Source: Octopus sinensis
Lineage: Eukaryota
Assembly (NCBI RefSeq): GCF_006345805.1
Contig: NC_043019.1
Location: forward strand, 10,601,360 to 10,665,359
DNA: 64,000 nucleotides
Reading direction: 5' to 3'
Shown here: piece by piece, positions 47,723 through 59,867 of the stretch
How the letters are laid out: each line of letters starts with the position of its first letter
Numbering within the stretch: position 1 is the first letter of the stretch
Notes under the pieces: generated by a model
The model's input: only the letters and a program-made list of their open reading frames with translations
What the model was told of the DNA's origin: nothing
Databases searched by the model: none
Made by a program: the position numbers and the translations under genes

Positions 47723-47799
47723 CTGTTCAATAAATACTGAGCAATAAGTTGACAGTGATCCTCTGTGAAACAATGTGTGAATATCCAGCTTTTACCATT
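47723..47799 (-). CDS. CHERP: CHERP exon (NGKSWIFTHCFTEDHCQLIAQYLLN-R)
   Basis: cttccag|AAT...CAG|gtaaac; 77 nt. Confidence 0.95.
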
Positions 47800-47940
47800 C
47801 TGGAAGAAAGAGACAAAAAAAGGGGATTAACAGAGGATAACAGAGCGTAACCGAATTTAAATCTCCTTCGAGTCACAATTCTCTTATTGTGTGCGATTTG
47901 AGGGAGAGCAGAATTGCGTTTCATGGAACTGAAGACTCAC

Positions 47941-48078
47941 CAGTATTGCGTCCTTGGTGCACGATTCAATAATGGGTTGTACCGTTTTGTCTAATTCGCA
48001 TAGGTCAATATCACAATCCTCGGACAGTTTTTCCACCATCTTCATACGACATTTCAGTATTGCCTCTTCAATCTGGAT
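47941..48078 (-). CDS. CHERP: CHERP exon (IQIEEAILKC...CTKDAIL), start of CID
   Basis: tttcgcag|ATC...CTG|gtgagt; 138 nt, phase 0-0. Confidence 0.95.
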
Positions 48079-48194
48079 CTGCGAAACAAAAAAAAAAACA
48101 AAATGGGCTTTTTATTCGGTACTTTTTTGAGAAACATATTGACATTCAACCCTCTCTCTGCTCAATTCAATATCAAACAAAACATTAATATGTA

Positions 48195-49035
48195 TATGAG
48201 AGAGAGAGAAAGAGAGCTAGAGAGAGAGAGAGAGAGAGCTAGAGAGAGAGAAAGAGAGAGAGCTAGAGAGAGAGAAAGAGAGCTAGAGAGAGAAAGAAAG
48301 AGAGCTAGAGAGAGAGAAAGAAAGAGAGCTAGAGAGAGAGCAGCTAGAGAGAGAAAGAGAGCGAGTTAGAGAGAGAAAGAGAACTAGAGAGACACAGAGA
48401 TAGAGAGAAAGCAAGAAACAGAAGAGAGGGCAAGAGAGAGAGGGAGAGAAAGAAGGGAGAGCAAGAAAGAGTGAGAGAAGGAAGACAGTAAGAAAACAGA
48501 AAGAGATGGAAAAGTGGGAGAGGAAGAGTGAGAAGGAAGAAGATAGGCAGAGAGAAAGAGAGGAGAGAGAGAGAGAGGCAGAGACTGAGAAAAAGAGGAG
48601 GAGAAAGAGAATGGAAATGAGAGAGAAAAGGAAGGTAGAAACAGAAAAAAGAGAGAAGTACAGAGAAGGGAAAGAGAGAGAGAGAAGATAGGCAGAGAGA
48701 AAGAGAGAGAGAGAAGGAAGAAGATAGGCAGAGAGAAAGAGAGAGAGAGAGAAGGAAGAAGATAGGCAGAGAGAGAGAGAGAGAGAGAAGGAAGCAGAAA
48801 GAAAGAGAGAGGCAGAGATAGAGAAAAAGAGGGAGAGAAAGAGAATGGAAATGAGAGAGAGAAGGAAGGTAGAAACAGAAAAAAGAGAGAAGTACAGAGA
48901 GGGAAAGAGAGAGAGAGGGAGAGAGAGAAAGAGAGAGAGAGAGGGAGAGAGAGAAAGAGAGAGAGAGAGGGAGAGAGAAAGCGAGAGAGAAAGAGGGAGA
49001 GAGAGAAAGAGAGAGAGAGAGAGGAGAGAGAGAGA
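48195..49035. repeat. About 840-bp polypurine (GA)n-rich tract with an internal about 90-bp duplication
   Basis: Fills most of the 979-nt intron 48079-49057. Confidence 0.9.
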
Positions 49036-49057
49036 GGTGTTGCTGAGGGTGGCTAAC

Positions 49058-49401
49058 CTGCTGTTGTTGAATGAGACTTTGGTACTGTGCATTGAGATTC
49101 TGCTCGCTGTGTTTGATCTGCTCCTGCATCTGTGCAACCTGCTGCTGCAACTGTTGGTGCAGTCCAGACAGGGGTGTCTGACCTCCACCTGCCGGGGGTG
49201 GCGCCTGGTTGAGAGTGGCCAGTGGCGGTGCCGCCGAAGGTGGAGGCGTGGTCTGCCACGGGGCATTGGGAGGTAACACTTGCTGAGTGATTGCGTGTTG
49301 CACCAACGCCTGCTGCTGCTGCTGCTGTTGCTGCTGTTGTTGTTGTTGCTGCTGCTGTTGTTGTTGTTTGAGTGCATCTTGCTGCTTCTCTTGATGCTGA
49401 A
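49058..49401 (-). CDS. CHERP: CHERP exon (polyQ/Pro-rich, QHQEKQQDALKQ...SLIQQQQ)
   Basis: Acceptor tttacag|TT, donor CAG|gttagc; 344 nt; starts with 2 nt completing an upstream codon and ends in phase 0. Confidence 0.88.
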
Positions 49402-49647
49402 CTGTAAACAAAAGTACAAAAAAAAAAAGAAATTAACAACAACAACAACAACAAAATAATTCTTTCTACTATAGGCAAAAGGCATGAAACTTTTGCAGGG
49501 AGTGGGTCAGTTGATTACACTGACCCTTATTGCACCTGATGAAAAGCAAAGTTGACCCTTAAAGGAATCTGAGCTCAGAATGTAGAGTCGGAAGAAATGC
49601 TACTAAGCATTTTGTCCAACATGCTAACGAACCAGCTTGCCATCGTA

Positions 49648-49858
49648 AACTGGCAGAATCGTTAGCACGTTGGGCGAAATGCCGAGCAGTATTTCGTCTG
49701 CCGTTACGTTGTGAGTTCAATTTCGACTGAGGTCGACTTTGCCTTTCATCCTTTCCGGGTCGATTAAATAAGTACCAGTTATGCACTGGGGTCGATATAA
49801 TCTACTTAATCCGTTTGTTTGTCCTTGTGTTTAGCCCCTTGTGGGTAGTAAAGAAATA
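49648..49858 (+). mobile_element. SINE family B, monomer
   Basis: Homology to family B; followed by (TAA)n. Confidence 0.8.
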
Positions 49859-49859
49859 A

Positions 49860-49905
<46 letters not shown>

Positions 49906-49989
49906 TAATAATAATAATAATAATAATAATCCTTTCTACTATAGGCACAAGGTTTGAAATTTCTTGTGGAAGGAGGCTAGTCAATTACA

Positions 49990-50140
49990 ATGACCCCAGT
50001 GCGTAACTGGTACTTATTTAATCGACCCCGAAAGGATTTAAGGCAAAGTCGACCTCGGCGGAATTTGAACTCAGAACGTAGCGACAGATAAAATACTGCT
50101 AAGCATTTCGCCTGGTGTGCTAATAGTTCTGCCATCTCAC
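49990..50140 (-). mobile_element. SINE family B, inverted relative to 49648-49858
   Basis: Homology to family B. Confidence 0.75.
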
Positions 50141-50499
50141 TGCCTTAATAACAACAATGATAATTTCAAATTTTTGGTACAAAGCCTGCAATTTAATTGG
50201 AAGGATAAGTTGATGAAATCGACCCCAGTATTCAACTGGTACTTATTTTAAGGAAGATTGAAGCTACAAGAAAACAAAATCAGTTTGGTCAGGAATAGAG
50301 AGCGGAGAAGATGGACAGACGGATGGATGGATGGATAGATATCACCAGTGATTCCCGCAGTACAGAATGAATATTATATTTATTTGTACTACAAAAGTTA
50401 CCAGCGATTCCCATGATGGGCAAAGTGTTAACTTGCAATGGTGCCAGTAACTGAGGTTTTGTAATAATATTAGGTAAACACATCTTAGGACCAGCCATA

Positions 50500-51830
50500 T
50501 ATCATTGCTTAATAATCTTGGTATGTCTCTTCTGAGAGGTCACTGTGAACTGTAGTAAGTTACAATATTAGGTTAAGACCTGTCTTTTAATTTATGATCT
50601 ATCATTGTTTCATAACCTTGGTAATATCTACTCTGAGATGTCATCATGAACTGTAGTTTAGCAATTATTTCGTCAACACCTGTCATATAATCTATCGGTT
50701 ATCATAGTTTAATAACCTTGAGACATAACTAACTGATGTTCATAATATCAGGTTGACATGACTTATGATTTTTCGATTATCATAGTGTAGTTACCTTGGG
50801 TTGTTTACCTTGAGATAAGATAATTCACTGCAGTTAGTAACAATATTAGCTTAATACATATCTTATGATCTATCAGTTATTATATCACAACCTTGGTATA
50901 TCTATTCTGAGATGTAACTATGAAATGTAGTTTAGTAATAATTATTAGGTCAACACCTGTCGTATATTTTATCGGTTATCATAGTTTAATAACCTCGAGA
51001 CATAACTAACTGATATTCATAATATTAGGTTGACATGACTTATGATCTTTTGATTATCATAGTGTAGTTACCTCGGGTTGTTTACCTTGAGATATGATAA
51101 TTGGTTGCAGTTAGTAACAATACTAGCTTAACACATGTCTTATGATCTATCAGTTATTATATCACAACCTTGGTATATCTATTCTGAGATGTAACCATGA
51201 AATGTAGTTTAGTAATAATTATAAGGTCAACACTTGTCATATATTTTATCGGTTATCATAGTTTAATAACCTTGAGACATAATTAACTGATATTCATAAT
51301 ATTAGGTTGACATGACTTATGATCTTTCGGTTGGGTTGTTTACCTTGAGATATGATAATTGACTGCAGTTAGTAACAATATTAGCTTAACACATGTCTTA
51401 TGATCTATCAGTTATTATATCACGACCTTGGTATATCTATTCTGAGATGCAGCCATGAAATGTAGTTTAGTAATAATTATTAGGTCAACACCTGTCGTAT
51501 ATTTTATCGGTTATCATAGTTTAATAACCTTGAGACATAATTAACTGATATTCATAATATTAGGTTGACATGACTTAAGATCCTTCGAGTGGGTTGTTTA
51601 CCTTGAGATATGATAATTGACTGCAGTTAGTAACAATATTAGCTTAACACATGTCTTATGATCTATCAGATATTATTATATCACAACCTTGGTATATCTA
51701 TTCTGAGATGTAACCATGAACTACAGTTTAGTAATAATTATTAGGTCAACACCTGTCTTATAGTTTATTGGTTATCATAGTAAATTATGATAACCTTGGT
51801 GTATCCTATTCTGAGAAATATACCTATTAT
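50500..51830. repeat. AT-rich satellite-like array, 258-277-bp unit x about 5, built from three related 80-100-bp subunits
   Basis: Anchor atcac(a/g)acct at about 50608, 50884, 51161, 51419 and 51680. Confidence 0.9.
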
Positions 51831-52671
51831 TACTTAACTGGAGATAATAATGCCATCTTTTATCCTTTCCTTGGTTCAGTCGTTGGATTGAGACCCTGCT
51901 GGAGCACCACCCTGATGGATTTAGTTGACTAAATTGACCCCAGTGTTTATTATAAGTTCGATACTTAATTTATCAGTTTCTTTTGCCAAACAATTTTATG
52001 TGGACACAAACAAACCATCACTGGTTGTCAAGTAGAAACGCAAGCAAAATGACACACACACACATATGATGGGTTTCTTTCAGTTTCCATTTATGAAAAC
52101 CACTCTCAAGGCTTTGGTCAGCTTGAAGCTCTAGAAGACACTTACCCAAGGTGCATCGCAGTGGCACCAAACCCACCCTTATTCCTTTATTCTTTTACTA
52201 GTTTCAGTCATTTGGTTGTGGCCATACTGGAGTACCACCTTAAAGGGTTTCAGTTACAGAAATCGACACCAAGACATATTCTTTTTAAACCTAGTACTTA
52301 TTCTATTGGTCTCTTTTTGGTGAACTGCTAAACACACCAACATCGGTTGTCAGGCGATGGTGACGGTGGTGGTAGTGGTGGGGGGGGGGGCAGGCACAGA
52401 CACAAAGACACACATACAAACACCCTTGACAATTCTTTGTCCAAATTCTCACTAAGAAACTTTATGTGTCCCAGCTTTTAGAATTGGTATACCATGTCCC
52501 AGCACATGCTAAAAGGCAACTAAAATGTTTTAGGATCAAAAAGGGCATCAGGTTGTAAAGAACACTGGTTCAGGAAGCCTTCCCAAATCCTGCCAGTCAG
52601 GAAAAGTTAAAATGACAATGATGGTGATGCTGACAATGATGGTTGTTTTTACTAACTTTTGTCTATATATA

Positions 52672-53072
52672 GGCGTAGGAGTGGCTGTGTGGTAAGTAGC
52701 TTGCTTACCAACCACATGGTTGCGGGTTCAGTCCCACTGTGTGGCACCTTGGGCAAGTGTCTTCTACTATAGCCTCGGGCCGACCAAAGCCTTGTGAGTG
52801 GATTTGGTAGACGGAAAATGAAAGAAGCCTGTCGTATATATGTATGTATATATGTGTGTGTATATGTTTGTGTGTCTGTGTTTGTCCCCCCCAACATTGC
52901 TTGACAACCGATGCTGGTGTGTTTATGTCCCTGTAACTTAGCAGTTCAGCAAAAGAGACCGATAGAGTAAGTACTGGGCTTACAAAAAATAAGTCCTGGG
53001 GGTCGATTTGCTCGACTAAAGGCGGTGCTCCAGCATGGCCACAGTCAAATGACTGAAACAGGTAAAACAGTA
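52672..53072 (+). mobile_element. SINE family A
   Basis: Full length. Confidence 0.85.
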
Positions 53073-53597
53073 AAGAGTATATGGTTGTTTTAGCTGTTGA
53101 TGTTAGCATTCTGATGACAATGACAACGATGATGGTAATGATGATGATGACAGCAATGATTTATTTCGACTAATTCTCGGCTATACACTGTTGTTGCAGT
53201 TGTTGTTGTTATCTGCCTATATTTTCGTTTTCTGCCTATTGTTGTTCTCCTTGTTATGTTGTTATTACTATGATGTACAAGTGCACAGAGTACAATGTGC
53301 TGATGTTGTTGTTGTTGGTGGTGGTGGTGGTGGGTTATCTCCAATTCTAATCACATAACAACAATGATAAAACACAAGTGCATCGTCATCGTCATCATCA
53401 CCATCATCATCGACAACATCATCATCAACAACAACATCATCAACAAGCAATAATGATAAACAACACTTGAAAATAAAAAAAAACAAGACAGTAAAAGCAA
53501 TAACAATAACAGGCTCAAGGTGCTTTCTGCAAGGTTGTTATATAATGAGAACAAAGTGAACTGACCCCAGTGTATGACTGGTACTATATACTGGAAG

Positions 53598-53826
53598 GTG
53601 GCGAGCTGGCAGAAACGTTAGCACGCCGGGCGACCTGCGTAGCTGTATTTCGTCTGTCGTTACGTTCGGAGTTCAAATTCCGCCGAGGTTGACTTTGCCT
53701 TTCATCCTTTCGGGGTCGATAAATTAAGTACCAGTTACGCACTGGGGTCGATGTAATCAACTTAATCCCTTTGTCTGTCCTTGTTTGTCCCCTCTGTGTT
53801 TAGCCCCTTGTGGGTAGTAAAGAAAT
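53598..53826 (+). mobile_element. SINE family B, monomer
   Basis: Homology to family B. Confidence 0.8.
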
Positions 53827-54369
53827 ATATATACTGGAATACTACAGCTGTAGTACAGTTGTCTGTCTGTCTGTCTCTGTGTCTTTGTCACCAAATCCAT
53901 TTTGGTCAAGAGTTAATAACAATACAGTCTCAAGTATTAACCTCACATAAAAGGGTGCAGGCATAACTGGGGGTGGTGTGGTGTGGGGTGGTAAGAAGTT
54001 TGCTTTCCAACCACATGGTTCTGGGTTCAATCCCAGAGTGTGGCACCTTGGCCAAGTGTCTTTTACTACGTGCCAAACCAACCAAAGATTTGTGAGTGGA
54101 TTTGGCAGATGGAAATCGAAAAAAAGCCCATCAAATATATATATATATATCTTCTTTTTTCTTTTACTTGGTTCATTCATTTGACTGCGGCCAGGCTGGA
54201 GCACCACCCCAGGACTTATTCTTTGTAAGCCTAGCACTTATTCTATCGGTCACTTTTGCTGAACCACTAAGTTATAGGGATGTAAACACACAGACACCAG
54301 TTGTCAAGCAATGATGGTGGTGGTGGTGGTGGGGACAAACACAGACACCCAAATATATATATATATATC

Positions 54370-54768
54370 TCTTTTACTCTTTTAAGTCATTTGACTGCGG
54401 CCATGCTGGAGCACCGCCTTTAATCAAGCAACTCGACCCCGGGACTTATTCTTTTGTAAGCCCAGTACTTATTTTATCGGTCTCTTTTGCCGAACCGCTA
54501 AGTGACGGGGACGTAAACACACCAGCATCGGTTGTCAAGCAATGCTAGGGGACAAACACAGACACACAAACACACACACACATATATATATATACACATA
54601 TATACGACAGGCTTCTATCAGTTTCCGTCTACCAAATCCACTCACAAGGCATTGGTCGGCCCGGGGCTATAGCAGAAGACACTTGCCCAAGATGCCATGC
54701 AGTGGGACTGAACCCGCAACCATGTGGTTGGTTAGCAAGCTACTTACCACACAGCCACTCCCATGCCT
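54370..54768 (-). mobile_element. SINE family A (preceded by A fragments at 53975-54350)
   Basis: Full length. Confidence 0.85.
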
Positions 54769-55199
54769 ATATATATATGTATACATATATATATATAAAT
54801 GCATGTGAGTGCTTGTGTGTGTATACATACATATACATATACACATATATGTGTGTATGTGTGTGTGCATGTACACACACTCTGGTGAGATTGGTGCAAA
54901 TTCTGCTGCTGCTGCGGACTGGAGGAAAGTAGAAGAAATGAATCCATGGCTTCACTTTCTACTGTATACACAGGAAGAGGAGGAATATGGTGAAATGCGA
55001 TGCTGAATGAGAGGGTGGCAGTGAGAAAGACTGAAGCTGGTGGTTGGGGGTGGGGGAGGGGGGATGGAGTAGTGAGGTCAGGGTGCACAAAGAAAGGAAA
55101 GCGGGGAGGGGAGAGGGGATGAGCCCGGGGGGGGGGGGGGCATAAGGTTAGGGCAAGAAGAAAGTTGGCTAATGCTTTGGCAGTGTCACAGTAACAGCA

Positions 55200-55481
55200 C
55201 CAGATGATGATGATGGTGACGGTGGTGGTGATGATGATGATGTTAGCCATGATGATGATGATGGTGACGGTGGTGGTGGTGGTAGTGATGATGATGATGT
55301 TAGCTATCATGATAATAGTGGTAGTGGTGATGGTGGTGGTGGTGGTGGTAGTGATGATGATGTTAGCCATCATGATGATGATGATGGTGACGGTGATGGT
55401 GGTGGTGGTAGTGATGATGATGATGTTAGCCATCATGATAAACAGTGGTGGTGGTGATGGTGTTGGTTGCGGTAGTTGTAG

Positions 55482-55528
<47 letters not shown>

Positions 55529-55680
55529 GTTAAGGTGGCGATTAAGATGACAGTGGTGATTGTAGTTGTCCTGATGACAACAAAAATAATGATGATGATG
55601 ATGATGATAATGTTGATGATGATGGTGGTGGTGCTGGTGGTGGTGGTGGTTGGAGTAGTGATGGTGATGTTCTTGGCAAG
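55200..55680. repeat. (GAT/GGT)n low-complexity tract
   Basis: Direct reading. Confidence 0.9.
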
Positions 55681-56277
55681 GAGACTGTGAAGATTAGCCA
55701 TAATGAGGTTGAGGAGAGATGTTGCCGGAGGAAGTGAAAAAAATAAAATAATAAAAAAAAATTTGAAAAAACCAAAACAATTAAAAAAACATAATGCACA
55801 AATGCCTTGGGGGGGCTGGGTGGGGTTTTAAGGTGAGTGAGGAATGGCGGAACAGACAAGACAGGGGATGTTGTTGGTACCTTAGAGAGAGAGAGAGGTG
55901 TAGAGTGTGTGTGTGGGTAAGGGTGGATGAGGAGAAGAGATTAAGGAAGTAGGACAAGGTAAGCAGGGCGGGGAGTACACAGCCCTGTGATTCATTGTTG
56001 TTTACAAAATGCACCCAGGACAATACCATAACAACAACAGCACAACAACAATACCAATAACAACAACAGCAGCACAACAACAATACCAATAACAACAACA
56101 ACAGCACAACAACAATAATAACAGCACAGCAAAAAATGAAAAGCAAGAAAGACCATCAGCAATCAATAACAAGAAAACATTATGAGTCGATAATGGAAAC
56201 TTTCTCTGCTAGAAACAACAGCCCAAATTCACTCTCAAATACAACTTCCACAACCTACCAACTTTGAAAAAGTTTTT

Positions 56278-56706
56278 TTAACCCTTTCGTTACCATACTT
56301 ATTTTGAGATGCTCTGTGTTTTGTTTCAATTACTCGCCAGCCTCGTCTGGCACCTGTGTCGGTGGCACATAAAATCACCCACTACACTCTCGGAGTGGTT
56401 GGCGTTAGGAAGGGCATCCAGCTGTAGAAACACTGCCAGATCTGACTGGCTTGGTGCAGCCTTCGGGCTCTCCAGACCCAAGGTTGAACCGTCCAACCCA
56501 TGCTAGCATGGAAAGCGGACGTTAAATGATGATGATGATGATGATGATGATAACAAAGAATTTAGTAAAATAATTTAGTTATTATTAAGCTAGTGTTGGG
56601 AACATTAATTGTGACTAAAGTTTGGTGGAAGATTTTAATTTAGAATTTTTGAAAACAAGACATTTGTACTACAGAGCCAGAGCCGGTTTGGTAACGAAAG
56701 GGTTAA
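56278..56706. mobile_element. piggyBac-type MITE, family 1, opposite orientation, with nested RTE 3' fragment (about 56335-56550)
   Basis: TTAA + CCCTTTCGTTACC ... GGTAACGAAAGGG + TTAA; interior is the reverse complement of 18229-18456. Confidence 0.85.
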
Positions 56707-56944
56707 AATATTGTGGAATTGTAGCCCTCTGATATAATAAACAGACCAGGATGGGTGGTTACGGTTTGGTTTTAAAAAACTTTGGTGAAAGATCTGCTCG
56801 ATGACGGTTGAACTAGAGCTAAACAACATGTTTATGAGGAGAGAGAGATAGATAGAGAGAGAGAGAAAGAGAGAAAGGAAGACACACACACAAATACAGA
56901 GTATGTATGTATGTATGTATGTATGTATGTATAAATGTCTTAAG

Positions 56945-57280
56945 GCTGTATCATGCACGGGGACATAGAAATAATCGGATTGAATACCCGATTGCGTGGT
57001 TAAACCATTGGGAGTGAAGGACTCCTAGCATCCTTCTAGGAGAAGGTAACTCAGGTAACTGGGATAACTCCGACGTAAAACCTGTGGCTCAGTGGTTACC
57101 GATGATGTTCACTTCTTCTTTTCGGATTATGGCTGCTGTTGCTTAGTGAGAGGGATTGACTCAGTGCACAGCCTTTCCTCACTTAAAAAAATATCTTCTT
57201 GCACAGGCATTGCACAATAACAACATTGATTAAGCTTCGTGCAATGGCCATACTCGATAACGAGGGGGCAGCCACCATGT
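56945..57280 (+). mobile_element. Possible RTE-type 5' UTR fragment
   Basis: CTAGGAGAAGGTAACTC motif resembles RTE 5' UTRs as I recall them; no ORF follows. Confidence 0.3.
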
Positions 57281-57285
57281 ATGTA

Positions 57286-57349
<64 letters not shown>

Positions 57350-57676
57350 CACATATGAGAGGGAAACCACTATGTGGATGGCCTTATGCTAGAAGTAGAT
57401 CCGCTATGGTCTTACTGCTAAGAAATGTTCTCAAGAAATAAATTCAGCAAAACAACCAAAACGTAATCGAGCAAGAGAAAAGAAAAAGCAATATAAATAT
57501 GGATTATTCGCATACATGTTTCACTATCACTATCACTACTGAACCTTCACTTCTTTTTATATGCTAGACCACCGGTGTGAAATTGATATTAACTAAATTA
57601 ATATCAAATTTCTCACCATCATTTAAAATTTATACATATACATACATACATACCTACATACATATATATATATATA

Positions 57677-57981
57677 TCACGTGATCACGTGACCGACCAG
57701 ACCATCAGATGTTGTTACATATCGCTGGTCACAATGCGTTTGCATTGTTTTAGCCTTCGAATGACACCACCCCACTGGCTAAGCGAGCAGGCCAACAGAC
57801 GAAAGAGTGAGAGAAAGAGTGGTGAAAGAGTACAGCAGGGATCACCAACCCCTGCCGGAGCGTCGTGGAGCTTTTGGGTGTTTTCGCTCAATAAACACAC
57901 ACAACGCCCGGTCTGGGAATTGAAACCGCGATCCTATGACCGCGAGTCCGCTGCCCTAACCACTTGGCCATTGCGCCTCCA
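57677..57981 (-). mobile_element. SINE family C2
   Basis: Reverse complement of 31239-31531. Confidence 0.8.
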
Positions 57982-57999
57982 CATATATATATATATATA

Positions 58000-58197
58000 T
58001 AGGGAGAGTTTACGAAAAAAACAAAAGACGAAGACAGGTGGTGTACAAAACAAGCAGATGTATTAGTATAACGCTCAGGAATAGAAAAAGTCTTTTACGT
58101 TTCAAGCCTACGCTCTTCTACAGAAAGGACCACAGAAAAAAACAAGGAAACAAGGAGAGAAAAATATGTGTGTAGTGGCTAACGATCTATCATGGCG
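58000..58197 (-). mobile_element. Family P2 short element
   Basis: Reverse complement of 3262-3450; motif CTGTAGAA-GAGC gtag GCTT-GAAAC-GT-A. Confidence 0.5.
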
Positions 58198-58664
58198 TCT
58201 GGCTCGGACATATATATTAAATATCGGCTTCAGACCTTGCTTGTGGAAAGACCCTGAGTGACGGTGCATCACAGAAAAGTGCACATGCTCTGTGCAGCAG
58301 AAACACATGTCAGTCATTGGAACTAATTATACTATATAATTAACTGTTAGAATTAAAAGAAAAATTCACAGACGTACCAGTCTCTGTATTCTTTGTAATT
58401 GTTTTGGATATACACTCATGATAATATTCATAACCCAGCAAAGCGAACCCAGAGTTACCTATCAATAGAATTACGGTGGGGTTGCTCTCCCTAAATGACC
58501 CTTGGTGCTTCTTAGTACTTGACGCGGTTGGCCAGAACCTGGTACTCTTACAGTGCCTGCCTGGATAATCTATCCCTATATACTCATCGCGAGCACATGT
58601 GCGTGCATGGGTGTGTGTGTATACACTTTTTATTAAAGCTGTAAAATTATCACTGATCTGTACT

Positions 58665-59068
58665 GCCCACAAGGGGCTAAACATAGAGGAGACAAACAAG
58701 GACGGACATAGGTATTATGTCGATTACAAAGACCCCAGTGCATAACTGGTACTTAATTTATCGACCCCGAAATGACGAAAGGCAAAGTTGCCCTCGGCAG
58801 AATTTGAACTCACAACGTAACGGCAGATGAAATACCTATTTCTTTATTACCCACAAGGGGGCTAAACATAGAGGGAACAAACAAGGACAGACATAGGTAT
58901 TATGTCGATTACAAAGACCCCAGTGCGTAACTGATACTTAATTTATCGACCCCGAAAGGATGAAAGGCGAAGTTGACCTCGGCGGAATTTGAACACACCA
59001 ACGTAACGGCAGACGAAATACCGCTAAGCATTTCGCCCGGCGTGCTAACGTTTCTGCCAGCTCGCCAC
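58665..59068 (-). mobile_element. SINE family B, dimeric
   Basis: Same structure as 9379-9792. Confidence 0.8.
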
Positions 59069-59265
59069 CTTGATACCATCCAACCCATGACAGCTCCTGT
59101 CATACCATCCACATCCAACCCATGCCAGCATGGAAAATGGACGTTAAATGATGATGACGATACCTTAGATTTTAGGCAAGTGTCCTGTGTATCACATATA
59201 ATGAATGCACCACAAACACTAGCCTTTGCTTCATACATTCTGTGTAGTATTGAGCTTTCCTTTTC

Positions 59266-59463
59266 TTATACTCTTTTACTTGTTTCAGTCATTTGACTGC
59301 GGCCATGCTGGAGCACCGCCTTTAGTCGAGCAAATCGACCCCAGGACTTATTCTTTGCAAGCCCAGTACTTATTCTATCGGTCTCTTTTGCCGAACCGCT
59401 AAGTGACGGGGACGTAAACACACCAGCATCGGTTGTCAGGCAATGCTAGGGGGACAAACACAG

Positions 59464-59524
<61 letters not shown>

Positions 59525-59643
59525 CATATACATACATATATATATATTTATTTATTTGAGAACAAAATCTTTGTGGAGAATGGCGATTTGACGTCTATAT
59601 CTAGCATGTTGACTGTCCACTTTTTCGTGTTCAGTCCTTAATT

Positions 59644-59704
<61 letters not shown>

Positions 59705-59867
59705 GACAGGCTTCTTTCAGTTTCCGTCTACCAAATCCACTCACAAGGCATTGGTCGGCCCGGGGCCATAGCAGAAGACACTTGCCCAAGATGCCACGCA
59801 GTGGGACTGAACCCAGAACCATGTGGCTGGTTAGCAAGCTACTTACCACACAGCCACTCCTGCGCCT
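59266..59867 (-). mobile_element. SINE family A split by expanded (TA)n and about 100 bp of other sequence
   Basis: 3' part at 59266-59470, 5' part at 59700-59867. Confidence 0.75.

Larger units (their letters stand above)
13111..49401 (-). other. CHERP: CHERP (calcium homeostasis ER protein / SCAF6) orthologue gene span, 5'-incomplete; 17 coding exons in window
   Basis: Manually spliced exons all have AG/GT boundaries and consistent phases (total 3191 nt = 2 + 1063 codons including stop). The product carries motifs I recognise from CHERP: CTKDAI-NGKSWIF, LHLIYLINDLLHHCQRK (CID), PYYELPAGLM, LDPKDIRLPPPMPPSERLLAAVEAFY, EGWEKLGLYEF, RS region, G-patch EDNKGHQMLMKMGWSGKGLG, and RMKARDE. Confidence 0.95.

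Noticed and set aside
48283-49485. 400-aa and 355-aa minus-strand ORFs
   Set aside because: Only 49058-49401 is exon. The rest is (CT)n read-through past a canonical donor.
58340-58699. 119-aa minus-strand ORF with AG/GT-like borders (58376-58560)
   Set aside because: It has no similarity I recognise to CHERP or any domain and starts inside a SINE, so it is unsupported as an exon.
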